Assembly: GCA_965222225.1 (NCBI GenBank)
Contig: CBDCTK010000002.1
Span: 1,280,001-1,344,000, forward strand
DNA length: 64,000 bases
From: Candidatus Poribacteria bacterium
GTDB lineage: Bacteria > Poribacteria > WGA-4E > JAJDTR01
Direction: 5' to 3'
Positions 1 through 10,308 of the stretch are shown piece after piece. The translations under genes and the position numbers were made by a program. The notes under the pieces are model-generated. The model made no database searches and was not told the DNA's origin. It worked only from the letters and a program-made list of their open reading frames with translations. Position 1 is the stretch's first letter; each line of letters opens with the position of its first letter.

Positions 1-79
1 AACTGATGATTGAGGTCAAGAGTAGGATTAGGACGGATATGGGAACCCACTTTTTGTCAAATCGGCTTGATTGTGCCAT
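1..79 (-). CDS. N-terminus of a probable exported protein, truncated by the window edge
   Basis: Manual translation MAQSSRFDKKWVPISVLILLLTSIIS (signal-peptide-like) with purine-rich AGAGGTAAAGG upstream. Confidence 0.45.
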   Translation of the reverse strand, partial: MAQSSRFDKKWVPISVLILLLTSIIS

Positions 80-649
80 CAGATTATTCGCCTTTACCTC
101 TTTACGATTACGACGTGAAGACAACTACCTAGATGGCCCTAAATGACTGCGATTATAGAACACACAAGGACTGACACTAGGGCAGTCCTGATTCCAACCC
201 GCAAGCATGTGGAAACACATGAAAAACCCCGTGATTACGGATAACTCGGCTTTATCCATACCGCTAGAACTTTCGCGACTTCAACTGCGGTGGGAGTCTT
301 CGATTGAAGGTTTCACATTAACTATGTACCCGACCACTACACACCTTAAGGTTCGCTGAGGTTGCCAAATTCATCGTACATTCACGGAAAACAATCTATG
401 TCCAACAGCGGGAAAATCGCGTCTGCGTTTTCCGTTAATGAATTGTCGATGAACAATGCCGCCAATCCCTACCAGCCCAATGCCCAACTCCATCTTAGAT
501 ACTTTCCTGCATGGGAACGAAAACCTACTCGACTCCCGCTTGATCATGGTATGAGCTCGCCATCAAAGACCATACTCATTCGGCAATATTTAGTTTTTCC
601 GTGATTCTTCACTCAAACCAGATGCTTCAAGCTCTTTGGTCACGAAGGA

Positions 650-1408
650 TTACTGCATAATTGTATTTAATTCGTCGTCGGGGTCATCTAATTCAGATTT
701 TTCGACTACTTCATCAATGGACTCGCTTCCGGTGGCTTCAATTTCGATAATACGAGCGGCACTCTGTTCTGTAACCGTGGACATACTTTTTCCCGCGATT
801 TTGCGATCATTACTCCTAAGAACTATAAACTTTACTCTACCGATTGACATCATTGGAAAACGAAACTCAATCTTGCCGCCAGCAACAAATCGGATTGGAT
901 TCGTCTTCGTATACTCTATTTTCCCATTTTTCACGAGAGCAATGGTTTCCCAGCGGTCTCCCGTGCAGACTCGCAATGCCCCCGAGTGAACACCACATTT
1001 GGAAGCTGGATATGTCTCGGAATCCAAGGTATGAATCACAATGCGATTAACTCGCTTCGGTTCGGGGAAACCTACTTCAATCGACGCTCCACCACGGGCT
1101 TCCGCTCGCGCGGTCTCCCACTGCCAACTGCGCCAGTTGTCTTTAAGATGTTGGCGCTCAAATTTGGCTTCCCATCCTTCTCCTTTGCTCCAGCTATCTG
1201 AGGATGCGATACCGTTAATTACGGTTTCAGGTTGATGATTGGTTGTAGACACGGAAGCAGTCACCGTCGCACCGTTTTCAATAAGAGCATAGTCAACCAA
1301 CCGGTCTGCACTTGTCCCCTGCTGCATAACCTCGGCAAGGCATCCAAAGTAACTCGCGCATATCACCAACAAAACACCGAGAATCCCTGTATCACGGACG
1401 TGTTTCAT
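650..1408 (-). CDS. Exported/lipoprotein with discoidin (F5/8 type C)-like domain
   Basis: Hydrophobic N-terminus ending YFGC; NGATVTAS..INGI..W..W and RIIEIE motifs; GGAGGA RBS before ATG 1408. Confidence 0.55.
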   Translation of the reverse strand: MKHVRDTGILGVLLVICASYFGCLAEVMQQGTSADRLVDYALIENGATVTASVSTTNHQPETVINGIASSDSWSKGEGWEAKFERQHLKDNWRSWQWETARAEARGGASIEVGFPEPKRVNRIVIHTLDSETYPASKCGVHSGALRVCTGDRWETIALVKNGKIEYTKTNPIRFVAGGKIEFRFPMMSIGRVKFIVLRSNDRKIAGKSMSTVTEQSAARIIEIEATGSESIDEVVEKSELDDPDDELNTIMQ

Positions 1409-1624
1409 GACACAGTCCTCCATTGCGAATTACAACGTGCAATTACATTCTTGTCGTTCGATGAGGACCTTGTACGACTGTATTAATGCCATACTCAAAT
1501 TGACAGTTTGAAGTAGAACCAAGACTTACCTGTACATTTTGCATCTAGAAAGCTACTGTCTATTCGTCACAATCTAACGAGCGCTCTGGGCGGATCGGAT
1601 CCCGGCTTAAGTACAATCTATGCA

Positions 1625-2767
1625 CTAATCTGCCGCGATTTCAATCGACTCAACTTGAGCGTCACGGATGGCTTCACACAGATAAGTAATCCCCTCGGGA
1701 ATGTCGTCTACATGGCAGTAGGCATATGCAAGACGGATGCACTTAATTGGATCGCTACGATAATGAAATGCGCGCCCTTCGCTGAACCCTGCATTGTGTT
1801 TTCCCGCAAGCTCCCCGAGTTTCTCCATATCCGTTGTCTCCGGCAACGTAATCCAGAGAAAAAGCCCACCTCGTGGTTGTGTCCAACTACACAGATCCGC
1901 GACATTATTCTCAAGAGTTTCAATCACAGCCTGGCATTTCGCGCCCACTGCCGCATTCGTTACAGCCAAATGTTCGTCTAGGTGGTTCTTGAAGAATTCT
2001 GCGACGATTGCACTTGCAAGCGCGCTTGTTCCACCGTCCCAACGATTTTCGTGAATGGCGTCGTAGTACGGTTGCCTCGCGACAAAGTACCCCTGCCGTA
2101 CCCCCGCCCCCAGAATCTTCGAAAATGTTGCGATGAAAATCACGCGATTGGAGTCGTCAAGTTTGAACAGGGCATCAGGCGTTGGATTCGGCACAAAGTC
2201 GATATCGCCGTAGCAGTCGTCTTCAATAATCAGAGTGTCATAGGCATTTGCCAACTCAAGCATTCTTTCGCGTCGTTCCAGCGTGAGAATTGCCGCTGTA
2301 GGATTTTGGTGATTCGCAGTTGTATAAATCAACTTCGGACGAATGCCTTGCGCTTTGAGCGTCTTCAAGCGTGCCTCAAGTGCGTCCACGTTCATTCCAT
2401 CAACATAGTCCATCGGAATGCCAACGATATTCGCCTTGAGATGTCTCATTATGCCGAGCGTACCACTGTAGGTTAATTCTTCAGTCAGAATTGCATCACC
2501 AGGTTCAATAAAGGTACTTAGTACAAGATCCAGTGCCTGCATTGAACCCGATGTAAGTGAGATGTTGTCCACGGGAAGGGGCACGCCTTCACGTCGTTCA
2601 AACCGCACTGAAGCTAGCTCGCGTAACCCGCGGTATCCATTATCGCCAGGATAGTTCACGAGACTGCCACCCAGATCTCGAAGCGCTTTTGCGCTCGCTT
2701 CAACTAACGCTTCGGTTGGAAACGTGAACGGATCAGGACGGCCTCCGGTAAAAGCAAAGTCTTTCAT
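1625..2767 (-). CDS. PLP-dependent aminotransferase class I/II (LysN/MocR-like, no HTH)
   Basis: GSMQALDL, HQNPT, IIEDDCY, TFSKILGAGVRQG, PRGGLFLW motifs. Confidence 0.9.
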   Translation of the reverse strand: MKDFAFTGGRPDPFTFPTEALVEASAKALRDLGGSLVNYPGDNGYRGLRELASVRFERREGVPLPVDNISLTSGSMQALDLVLSTFIEPGDAILTEELTYSGTLGIMRHLKANIVGIPMDYVDGMNVDALEARLKTLKAQGIRPKLIYTTANHQNPTAAILTLERRERMLELANAYDTLIIEDDCYGDIDFVPNPTPDALFKLDDSNRVIFIATFSKILGAGVRQGYFVARQPYYDAIHENRWDGGTSALASAIVAEFFKNHLDEHLAVTNAAVGAKCQAVIETLENNVADLCSWTQPRGGLFLWITLPETTDMEKLGELAGKHNAGFSEGRAFHYRSDPIKCIRLAYAYCHVDDIPEGITYLCEAIRDAQVESIEIAAD

Positions 2768-2994
2768 AATTCAATCCTTGAATTGTCTAAGGTATTCTAG
2801 TTATGAGGTACGTAGGCAGCTAAATTCCAGAGTCAGATTATAAAGTATGTTACCACAAATGTAGCGAAAATCCTAAGAAAAAGTACCTGACGAACCGGAC
2901 ACGAAAAAGACATCTATCCACACGCCTCGCCATAGTTGCAACAAAGCGACTGTTATCGATTGACCCGACAGCCTTGAAGTGCTAAAATGAAGAG

Positions 2995-3576
2995 GTGGCG
3001 GTGCACAGCGTTTATATTGCCGATCGTATCAATCTTTCGAATTGCGATTCTTCCACCTTTGCTAAACCATCGCAGACAGCAGTGAGAATCAAGAAGCCCT
3101 TCCCGAACATTGAGCTCGATTATATACGGCAGAGCGATTTACAAATAATCGCTGAAATTGAGCGTCAATCGTTTTCAGATCCATGGAGCCTGTCCACACT
3201 CCAAGAAGCAATTGACGGAAAGAACCCGCATTCCTATTTCCACGTCGCCCGGCTCAGTCAGGTTCCAGTTGCATACGTGAACTATTGGCTAATTCTAGAC
3301 GAAGCCCACATCGTAAATTTCGCCGTGTCACCCGCATACCGGCGCACAGGTCTGGGAAAATATCTGCTCGCGAAATCGTTGGAACGTATTCGAGATCTAG
3401 GAGGACGCCTAGTTCATCTCGAAGTGCGTCTGAGTAATATTCCAGCGCAAAATCTTTACCGCCAGTTGGGATTTCGGCTTGTACACGTTCACAAGCGGTA
3501 TTACCGAGATAATAATGAAGACGCTTGTATCTTCCAGATGGAAGACCTATTGGATTTCGATTTCGAGATACGATGA
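2995..3576 (+). CDS. rimI: Ribosomal protein S18 alanine N-acetyltransferase
   Basis: IERQSFSDPWS, DEAHIVNFAV, RRTGLG, LEVRLSN, YY..NNEDA; true start uncertain. Confidence 0.85.
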   Translation: MAVHSVYIADRINLSNCDSSTFAKPSQTAVRIKKPFPNIELDYIRQSDLQIIAEIERQSFSDPWSLSTLQEAIDGKNPHSYFHVARLSQVPVAYVNYWLILDEAHIVNFAVSPAYRRTGLGKYLLAKSLERIRDLGGRLVHLEVRLSNIPAQNLYRQLGFRLVHVHKRYYRDNNEDACIFQMEDLLDFDFEIR

Positions 3577-3928
3577 TTGGTAATTTCAGAAGACGTTCCA
3601 GCGCCATCCAAGCCCATTGAACCATATTTGCAAGAGGTCAACCCTTCCAATCCAAACCAAGAAAATCACGCACCCGTCTTTACCTTCCCACCTAAGCTAT
3701 CCAAGGAGACCAGTCATGATAATTTTCTTGCAGGTTAGAAAGAGGTGTGATACAATTTGATTGAGATTATATTAGCATTGAGGTGGATTTGCTCGGCATT
3801 TATCTAACGTCATAATTGTACACGTGTTGAATACTTTGGCGATGCCGGTCACAGTATTGACATAACAATCTCCCGGGCCACCATGTGAAATATCTTGGAT
3901 AACTGTTTTTCCCACCGTGGGGATAGGC

Positions 3929-4441
3929 ATGAACACATCCGTATTGGTATTGAATGCGAGCTACGAGGCAATTAACGTCTGTAATCTCAAGCGCGCTGTG
4001 AAGATGATTGTCAAGGGGGCTGCAAGTATGGAGGAAGTTTCTGACCGTAAGATTCATTCTCCAACCGCTTCAATGCCCATTCCTCTTGTGATTCGACTTA
4101 TAACCTATGTGCATATTCCTCACTGCGTTGTGAAGTTCTCTCGAAAAAACGTCTTTATTCGCGACCAATACACATGTCAATACTGCCACACAAATTTCCC
4201 TCCATCTGTACTCACACTCGATCATGTTATTCCCCGCTCCCGTGGAGGCGCAACCGTTTGGGAAAACGTTGCAACCGCATGCAAAAAATGCAACACAAAG
4301 AAAGGGAATCAAACTCCCTATGAAGCGAGGATGTTTACCAAACGTTCACCTAAAGCCCCATCAATTCTCACTTATTTACACCTCAATCGCCATTTCCGCG
4401 GCTACGATCCTGCCTGGAAGAAATACCTGTACATCAACTGA
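3929..4441 (+). CDS. HNH endonuclease (McrA-like)
   Basis: VLVLNASYE, RDQYTCQYC, TLDHVIPRSRGG, WENVATACKKCNTKKG. Confidence 0.9.
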   Translation: MNTSVLVLNASYEAINVCNLKRAVKMIVKGAASMEEVSDRKIHSPTASMPIPLVIRLITYVHIPHCVVKFSRKNVFIRDQYTCQYCHTNFPPSVLTLDHVIPRSRGGATVWENVATACKKCNTKKGNQTPYEARMFTKRSPKAPSILTYLHLNRHFRGYDPAWKKYLYIN

Positions 4442-4442
4442 G

Positions 4443-5114
4443 ATGGCGAGATTTCCAATCTTTAAGTCGTTTAATTTACTTATTGGCCTATCTTTTCTGT
4501 TTCTAGGATGTGGTTGGCGTGCGCCGAAGGACTACTACTTCGAGTTTACACTTATGGAAGAATGGGGAAAACACAATCGACAGCGCACCGGTCGCAATCC
4601 GCGTCAAACGGTTTCCCATCCAGAAAAATCTGAGCTTCTTGCAATTGCATTTGAAATTGGAAAAACGCCGACACAACTAATCGGTTTCAAACCATACAAA
4701 ATCCCCAGGCCTCAACTTACGGACCAGCCTCCTCAACGTATGCTGCCTAGAGTACCCATTTCATGGCAACAAGACGCAATACGTCAAGTCTTTCAGAAAC
4801 AGAAGATTCAAGTAACCTATTGGAGATCCAAAAATGGGCGACTTGAAGGCAAACAGAATGTGGTCCAAGTTCATTTTATCCCGCGTGCGCTTTCGGATCG
4901 GGCAATTAAACAAGAATTCCTGATGATTTGTGCAATCGTACATGGAGCGCAATTAGAACCGGACACTATTGATGTTGTCAGAGCCATTGCCGAAGATGAA
5001 GATGGCACGCCAAAAATGAGGTTGGAAACACAAGTGGAAAACTACAAAGCTTTCCTTGAAGAACGAATTAACTTGGGGGAGTGGGAGAGTCAACTGCGAT
5101 TTGATAAATTTTGA
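4443..5114 (+). CDS. Hypothetical lipoprotein
   Basis: ATG 2 nt after HNH stop; MARFPIFKSFNLLIGLSFLFLGC lipobox. Confidence 0.65.
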   Translation: MARFPIFKSFNLLIGLSFLFLGCGWRAPKDYYFEFTLMEEWGKHNRQRTGRNPRQTVSHPEKSELLAIAFEIGKTPTQLIGFKPYKIPRPQLTDQPPQRMLPRVPISWQQDAIRQVFQKQKIQVTYWRSKNGRLEGKQNVVQVHFIPRALSDRAIKQEFLMICAIVHGAQLEPDTIDVVRAIAEDEDGTPKMRLETQVENYKAFLEERINLGEWESQLRFDKF

Positions 5115-5115
5115 T

Positions 5116-5481
5116 ATGGCACACGCACCACACCCTGAAAAGCTGAAAAAAAAGTGGGAATTTCAGCGAGGATATAGAAAGGGGCGAAAATATTGGAATC
5201 GCGAGTTTGTGGTCTACGTGTATCAAAATATGTTCAATAGCACACGCTTAGGCATCACAGCTAGCAAGAAGATTGGGAAGAGCGTACAGAGAAACCGCAC
5301 CAAACGATTGATTCGAGAAGTGTTTCGACTGTCGAAAGAGAGAATCCATCCCGGGTATGATATTATCGTAGTCGGCAGATCGCCCTCAATCTATCTCAAG
5401 TATCAGGGCGCTCAAAAAGCCCTTCTACACCTCTTTCGGAAAGCCCGAATTCTGAAAGAAACAGTGAGAATTCTCAGATGA
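5116..5481 (+). CDS. rnpA: Ribonuclease P protein component
   Basis: RLGITASKKIGKSVQRNRTKRLIRE (RNR motif); synteny with yidD/yidC. Confidence 0.95.
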   Translation: MAHAPHPEKLKKKWEFQRGYRKGRKYWNREFVVYVYQNMFNSTRLGITASKKIGKSVQRNRTKRLIREVFRLSKERIHPGYDIIVVGRSPSIYLKYQGAQKALLHLFRKARILKETVRILR

Positions 5482-5735
5482 GCTGCCTTCTGATTTACGC
5501 TGTACGCTTTTATCGCATATGTATATCTCCATTATTTCCGCCAACCTGTCGTTTCTATCCATCTTGCTCGCAATACGCACTGGAAGCCATTCAGACATAT
5601 GGTGCTTTGAAGGGTAGCTGGATAACAATTAAGCGTCTCTCAAAATGCCATCCTTATCACCCTGGTGGCTACGATCCACTTACAAACTCGGACGAAGAGT
5701 CTGAATCTAATCCCTGTTATGGCACCTCAGATTAG
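5478..5735 (+). CDS. yidD: Membrane protein insertion efficiency factor
   Basis: ISP..PPTCRFYPSCSQYA, KCHPYHPGGYDP. Confidence 0.95.
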   Translation: MSCLLIYAVRFYRICISPLFPPTCRFYPSCSQYALEAIQTYGALKGSWITIKRLSKCHPYHPGGYDPLTNSDEESESNPCYGTSD

Positions 5736-5779
5736 CAGAGCCTAAATTCCTATTTTTCCGCAAGGAGCTTCTAAATTTC

Positions 5780-7666
5780 ATGGGACAACGTTACATCTTG
5801 GCACTGGTACTAATGATAATTGTGATGTTTGCTTGGAGCCTGTTATTCGGCAACCGATTGTCGAAGCAGAGAACCGCGCAGAAAGAAGGGCAAACATCCG
5901 AACAGACAAGCGAAACTCAATCTCCGCATGACGACGAAGACGTAGCAGATGCAGATGGACAACAAAGAACCGATGAAATAGAACGTAATACGCAAATCCA
6001 ACAAAGCGCGGAAGCACACATTCGGACAGATCGATACGAGATTACTTTTGCAACCAATCCTGGCGCTGGAACAGTTGTTGCCCGAGAATGGTCTCTTCGG
6101 ACATATCAAGATCGCTCCGACACTGGCGAACTCTTGAACCTTATCCCAACAACTTCCCAAAATTGGTTGGCACTTTGGTTTTCCCATCCACAATTGCAGC
6201 TAGACGTGAGACAGTCAGTGTGGACCGTGGATAAAACAGAAGTGGACCTCACCGGGGAGAGTCCTGAGGTAGAGGACTCCATTACTTTTACCGCGCAGAT
6301 TGGCGAAAACCTGAAGTTTTCGAAAGAGTTTACCTTTTACCGAGATAGCTACTATGTTGACCTTGAGTTGAAATTTCAGAATCTATCGAATGACACTCTG
6401 TCCGTATTGCAAGTGACGAATGAGAATCAGGAAAATGGATACAAACTTCGCTGTGGCCCTGGAATAGACGCAGATCTGCTGCCCCATGAGCGACAGCATG
6501 GCGGGAAAGGTCGATGGGGGAAAAACGCAGGTGCCAGAGCTTATACCGGGGTCGGCAAGGCGGAGAGAGAACTCCGTGACTCACAGCTTAGAGAACCGGT
6601 CCTTTGGGCAGGGCTAAATAGTAACTATTTTGCTGCACTAATGATCCCCGAGCCTGGGTTAAACACTCAATATCGTTTAGAGGAACTCAAGGACAACGGC
6701 ACACCGTCCACGCCCAATGTTGCAGCGCCAGCTGAAACCGCTAGTTTGATGATTCCGGGTTTTCCATTAGAGTCAAACGGTAGACGTACACACATCTTTC
6801 GCATCTACGTCGGCCCTAAGGATGCCGCTATCCTAAAACAGATTCAAGCGCCGGTTTTGCCTGAAACTCCGATTAGACTCTCGAAAATCATAGATTTCGG
6901 GTTCTTCTGGCCTGTCGCTTGGGCATTGCTTTGGCTACTTAATGGGTTGCACGGAGTCTTTCGGAACTACGGCGTCGCCATTATTCTGCTAACTGCGTTA
7001 GTGAAGGTAGTTTCATATCCGCTGACGCACAAGGGACACAAATCAATGAAAGAGATGCAGAAGCTGCAACCCCTCCTTACTGAACTGCGGGAGAAACACA
7101 GAGACGATCCCCAGAAACTGAATAAGGCGACAATGCGATTGTACAAGGAACACGGCGTAAACCCACTAGGAGGCTGCATCCCCTATCTGCCTCAGATACC
7201 AGTCTTCATTGCGCTATTCTCGTTGCTGGGCAGTGCGGTTGAACTGCGCGGTGCCCCATTCCTTTTGTGGATAAACGATCTGTCTGCTCCCGATGCCATA
7301 GTTGTTCTCCCCTTCACCATACCTCTCGTCAACATAGATACGCTTCGGCTTTTACCACTGCTTAATGGACTAACAACGTGGCTACAACAGAAGGTAATGG
7401 GTAATATGACGCCTGTTACCGATAATATGCAAGCAAAACTAATGCAGTTCATGCCGCTCATTTTCGTTTTTCTCTTTTATAATTGGGCAGCAGGATTCGT
7501 GCTATACTGGTTATTTAACAATGTCTTCACCGTTGGACAACAATATCTCCAGTCGCGCGGGTCAAATGGTGCAGATGAAACGATTGCAAAATCCGCGGCG
7601 TCGACTAAAACGCCTGATTCACCGAGAAAACTTTCCACTTCATCAAAACAGAAGCAAAACAAATAA
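5780..7666 (+). CDS. yidC: Membrane protein insertase
   Basis: YVGPK, NYGVAIILLT, SMKEMQKLQP, GVNPLGGC, WINDLSAPD, LYWLFNN. Confidence 0.95.
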   Translation: MGQRYILALVLMIIVMFAWSLLFGNRLSKQRTAQKEGQTSEQTSETQSPHDDEDVADADGQQRTDEIERNTQIQQSAEAHIRTDRYEITFATNPGAGTVVAREWSLRTYQDRSDTGELLNLIPTTSQNWLALWFSHPQLQLDVRQSVWTVDKTEVDLTGESPEVEDSITFTAQIGENLKFSKEFTFYRDSYYVDLELKFQNLSNDTLSVLQVTNENQENGYKLRCGPGIDADLLPHERQHGGKGRWGKNAGARAYTGVGKAERELRDSQLREPVLWAGLNSNYFAALMIPEPGLNTQYRLEELKDNGTPSTPNVAAPAETASLMIPGFPLESNGRRTHIFRIYVGPKDAAILKQIQAPVLPETPIRLSKIIDFGFFWPVAWALLWLLNGLHGVFRNYGVAIILLTALVKVVSYPLTHKGHKSMKEMQKLQPLLTELREKHRDDPQKLNKATMRLYKEHGVNPLGGCIPYLPQIPVFIALFSLLGSAVELRGAPFLLWINDLSAPDAIVVLPFTIPLVNIDTLRLLPLLNGLTTWLQQKVMGNMTPVTDNMQAKLMQFMPLIFVFLFYNWAAGFVLYWLFNNVFTVGQQYLQSRGSNGADETIAKSAASTKTPDSPRKLSTSSKQKQNK

Positions 7667-7733
7667 TGGTCGGTGCAGCGCATTATTCCTTTCTGACTGA
7701 CACGGTTAGGGCTATTTTAGGAGGAAATCAAGC

Positions 7734-8390
7734 GTGCAACAATACATTGAAATGGAAGGAGAGACGACTGAAGAAGCCTTAAACCGTGCCCTTGAAGAAC
7801 TAGGTGTTGACCGAGACTTGGTCAATGTGAAGGTACTACGTGAGCCGACTAAGGGAATTCTGAAGTTAGGTGCGAAACTCGCTCAGGTTAGGGTAACGCT
7901 CAAGGAGAACATTTCCGCTTCGCCTGAAGCGGTCCTGGACGAAATCTTTTCCCGCATGGAAATAGAGGCGACAACTGAATCTCAAATCATTGATGGAAGC
8001 ATCCACCTCACCATAAGTAGCGACAGGCCCGGGTTGCTTATTGGTAGACGTGGACAAACATTAGATGCAATTGAACACGTACTGAACTGCATTCTGAGTA
8101 AGTCATCTCTCGTTAAACGGAAAGTGCATATCGATGCCGAAGGCTATCGCGAACGACGAGAAAAAATGCTTGTGGATCTGGCATCAACCATGGCGAACAA
8201 AGTCAGAGAAACAAAGCAAGAGGTCGTTCTAGACCCTATGCCACCACGGGATCGCCGAATCGTACACCTTGCCTTACAATCAGACAAACGTGTCCACACA
8301 TACAGCCGTGGTGAAGGCCTGATGCGGTGTGTTGTTGTGACGCCGCGCGAAGCATCAAATGGGGACTCGGAGGAAAATGCTCCTGTCTGA
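7734..8390 (+). CDS. jag: Jag/EloR (KhpB) RNA-binding protein, KH and R3H domains
   Basis: Jag_N, LIGRRGQTLDA (KH), RRIVH (R3H); synteny. Confidence 0.93.
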   Translation: MQQYIEMEGETTEEALNRALEELGVDRDLVNVKVLREPTKGILKLGAKLAQVRVTLKENISASPEAVLDEIFSRMEIEATTESQIIDGSIHLTISSDRPGLLIGRRGQTLDAIEHVLNCILSKSSLVKRKVHIDAEGYRERREKMLVDLASTMANKVRETKQEVVLDPMPPRDRRIVHLALQSDKRVHTYSRGEGLMRCVVVTPREASNGDSEENAPV

Positions 8391-9762
8391 CACCATCGCG
8401 GCAATCGCAACCCCTCATGGGGAAGGCGGCATTGGAATTGTTCGTGTCAGCGGCAGCCTCGCCATATCAATTGCTTGTAAGATTTTCAAATCTCCACAAC
8501 ACGCCTCCCTTTTAGATTTTCCTTCGCATACACTGAACTACGGACATATCGTCGATCCGATTATAGGGGATGTCGTTGATGAAGTCATGTTAGGCATTAT
8601 GCGTGCCCCAAAATCCTACACGGCAGAAGATGTCGTCGAATTCAACTGCCACGGTGGTAGTGCTCTGCTAACCACAGTCCTCGACTTGACATTGCAAGCA
8701 GGCGCGCGCCTAGCGGAACCGGGTGAATTTACCCGCCGTGCTTTTCTTAATGGAAGAATCGACCTTGCCCAAGCCGAGGCGGTTGCCGACCTTATTCGGG
8801 CAAAGACCGATCTTGCCCGTCAAATTGCGGTGGACGGACTGACAGGTCGGCTCTCGCGGGAAGTAAACTCCCTCAACGACCGGCTTGCCAATCTTCTCGC
8901 GGAAGTCGAGGCCTCAATTGATTTTCCTGAGGAAGAACTTGATTTCTTGGATTTGGATGCTATGCGTCGAACCGCGCAGGCTATCCAAGATGGATTGGAA
9001 CAGTTGATAGCGACAGCATCAGACGGAAAAATCGTACGAGATGGAATAAACATCGCGATTCTAGGCAAACCAAACGTCGGTAAATCAAGTCTGCTGAACA
9101 GACTGCTCAAATCGACGCGCGCAATAGTTACAGAAATCCCCGGTACAACACGGGATACAATTGAGGAAACGTTGAATCTCCGTGGCATCCCGGTCAACTT
9201 AACCGACACGGCGGGTATACGCAGGACGGAGGACATTGTTGAGCGGCAAGGGGTTGAGCGGAGTAAGAGCTATTTTGACCGCGCAGCCTTGATTTTGATG
9301 GTGTTTGATGCGTCGGAGCCGTTGACGGATTTAGACATAGAGTTACTGGGGGAAGCATCCTCGCGGAACACTATTCTCGTTTCGAACAAGATGGATCTGC
9401 CCATCGCAACTGCGCCCAAGGATTTGCAACTTCATGCCCCTGAAAAAACAGTGGTTCAAACTTCAATGCTTCATGGAGGGGGGATTGAGGAGTTGAAATC
9501 AGCGGTGATTCAGCATGTCATTGGAGGCGGCTTTGTCCTGGGAGACTCACCCATTATCGCCAATGTTCGTCATGACGATGCTTTACGCCGGGCGCAAACC
9601 GCTCTCTCGCACGCGATAGAAAGTCTTGATGCGAGCATGCCGCCGGAATTCATTGCCGTTGATTTGCGCAGCAGTCTTGATGCCATTGGCGAAATTGTCG
9701 GCAAAACCACGACCGAGGATATTCTTGACCGTATCTTCTCGCAGTTTTGTATCGGCAAGTGA
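8377..9762 (+). CDS. mnmE: tRNA modification GTPase MnmE
   Basis: DTIAAIATP, GKPNVGKSS, GTTRD, DTAG, C-terminal FCIGK. Confidence 0.97.
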   Translation: MLLSDTIAAIATPHGEGGIGIVRVSGSLAISIACKIFKSPQHASLLDFPSHTLNYGHIVDPIIGDVVDEVMLGIMRAPKSYTAEDVVEFNCHGGSALLTTVLDLTLQAGARLAEPGEFTRRAFLNGRIDLAQAEAVADLIRAKTDLARQIAVDGLTGRLSREVNSLNDRLANLLAEVEASIDFPEEELDFLDLDAMRRTAQAIQDGLEQLIATASDGKIVRDGINIAILGKPNVGKSSLLNRLLKSTRAIVTEIPGTTRDTIEETLNLRGIPVNLTDTAGIRRTEDIVERQGVERSKSYFDRAALILMVFDASEPLTDLDIELLGEASSRNTILVSNKMDLPIATAPKDLQLHAPEKTVVQTSMLHGGGIEELKSAVIQHVIGGGFVLGDSPIIANVRHDDALRRAQTALSHAIESLDASMPPEFIAVDLRSSLDAIGEIVGKTTTEDILDRIFSQFCIGK

Positions 9763-9931
9763 TTTTGGATTCAGAATACACAAGAGAACGAAAGACCAAT
9801 TTCGCGGAGTGCAACCAAATCGTGCTAGTGGTGTTTCAATGCAGGTAGGAAAGGAATAATTCACCATCTTATTTCTTTCCAAAATTAGTATTGGGTTGTC
9901 TCTTTGGCTGACGTTGGCAAAGGAGCAGTTA

Positions 9932-10153
9932 ATGTTAACCCCAAAAGAAAAATGGTGTCATCGCTGCAATCGCTATGTGGAAACTGAGGTAAAGCATGCG
10001 AAAGTTGGAAAACTCGGAAAGTTGGCGAAGATTGTTGTCACCTGTCGAAAGTGCCGAACAACACTGAGCAGTAAGACAACAAGCGCATCTGTCCTTGAGA
10101 ATATGACGGCAGAGGCGCCGACGAAAGAAGCGGAACATGCCGAAAAGGAATAG
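9932..10153 (+). CDS. Small zinc-ribbon protein
   Basis: CHRC and CRKC pairs; AAGGAG RBS before ATG 9932. Confidence 0.65.
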   Translation: MLTPKEKWCHRCNRYVETEVKHAKVGKLGKLAKIVVTCRKCRTTLSSKTTSASVLENMTAEAPTKEAEHAEKE

Positions 10154-10308
10154 GAAAACCTGTGTCGTGAGGATTAACTAATCTCACCATCTCGGACACA
10201 AATGTTCTCAAAACCCCTTAGCGAACCGAAACCGATAATCGCCCTAAACCCAAACAGGGATTCAATCTTTTCATCCCGAATGCATTCTAATTCATAAGGA
10301 GAAAATTC

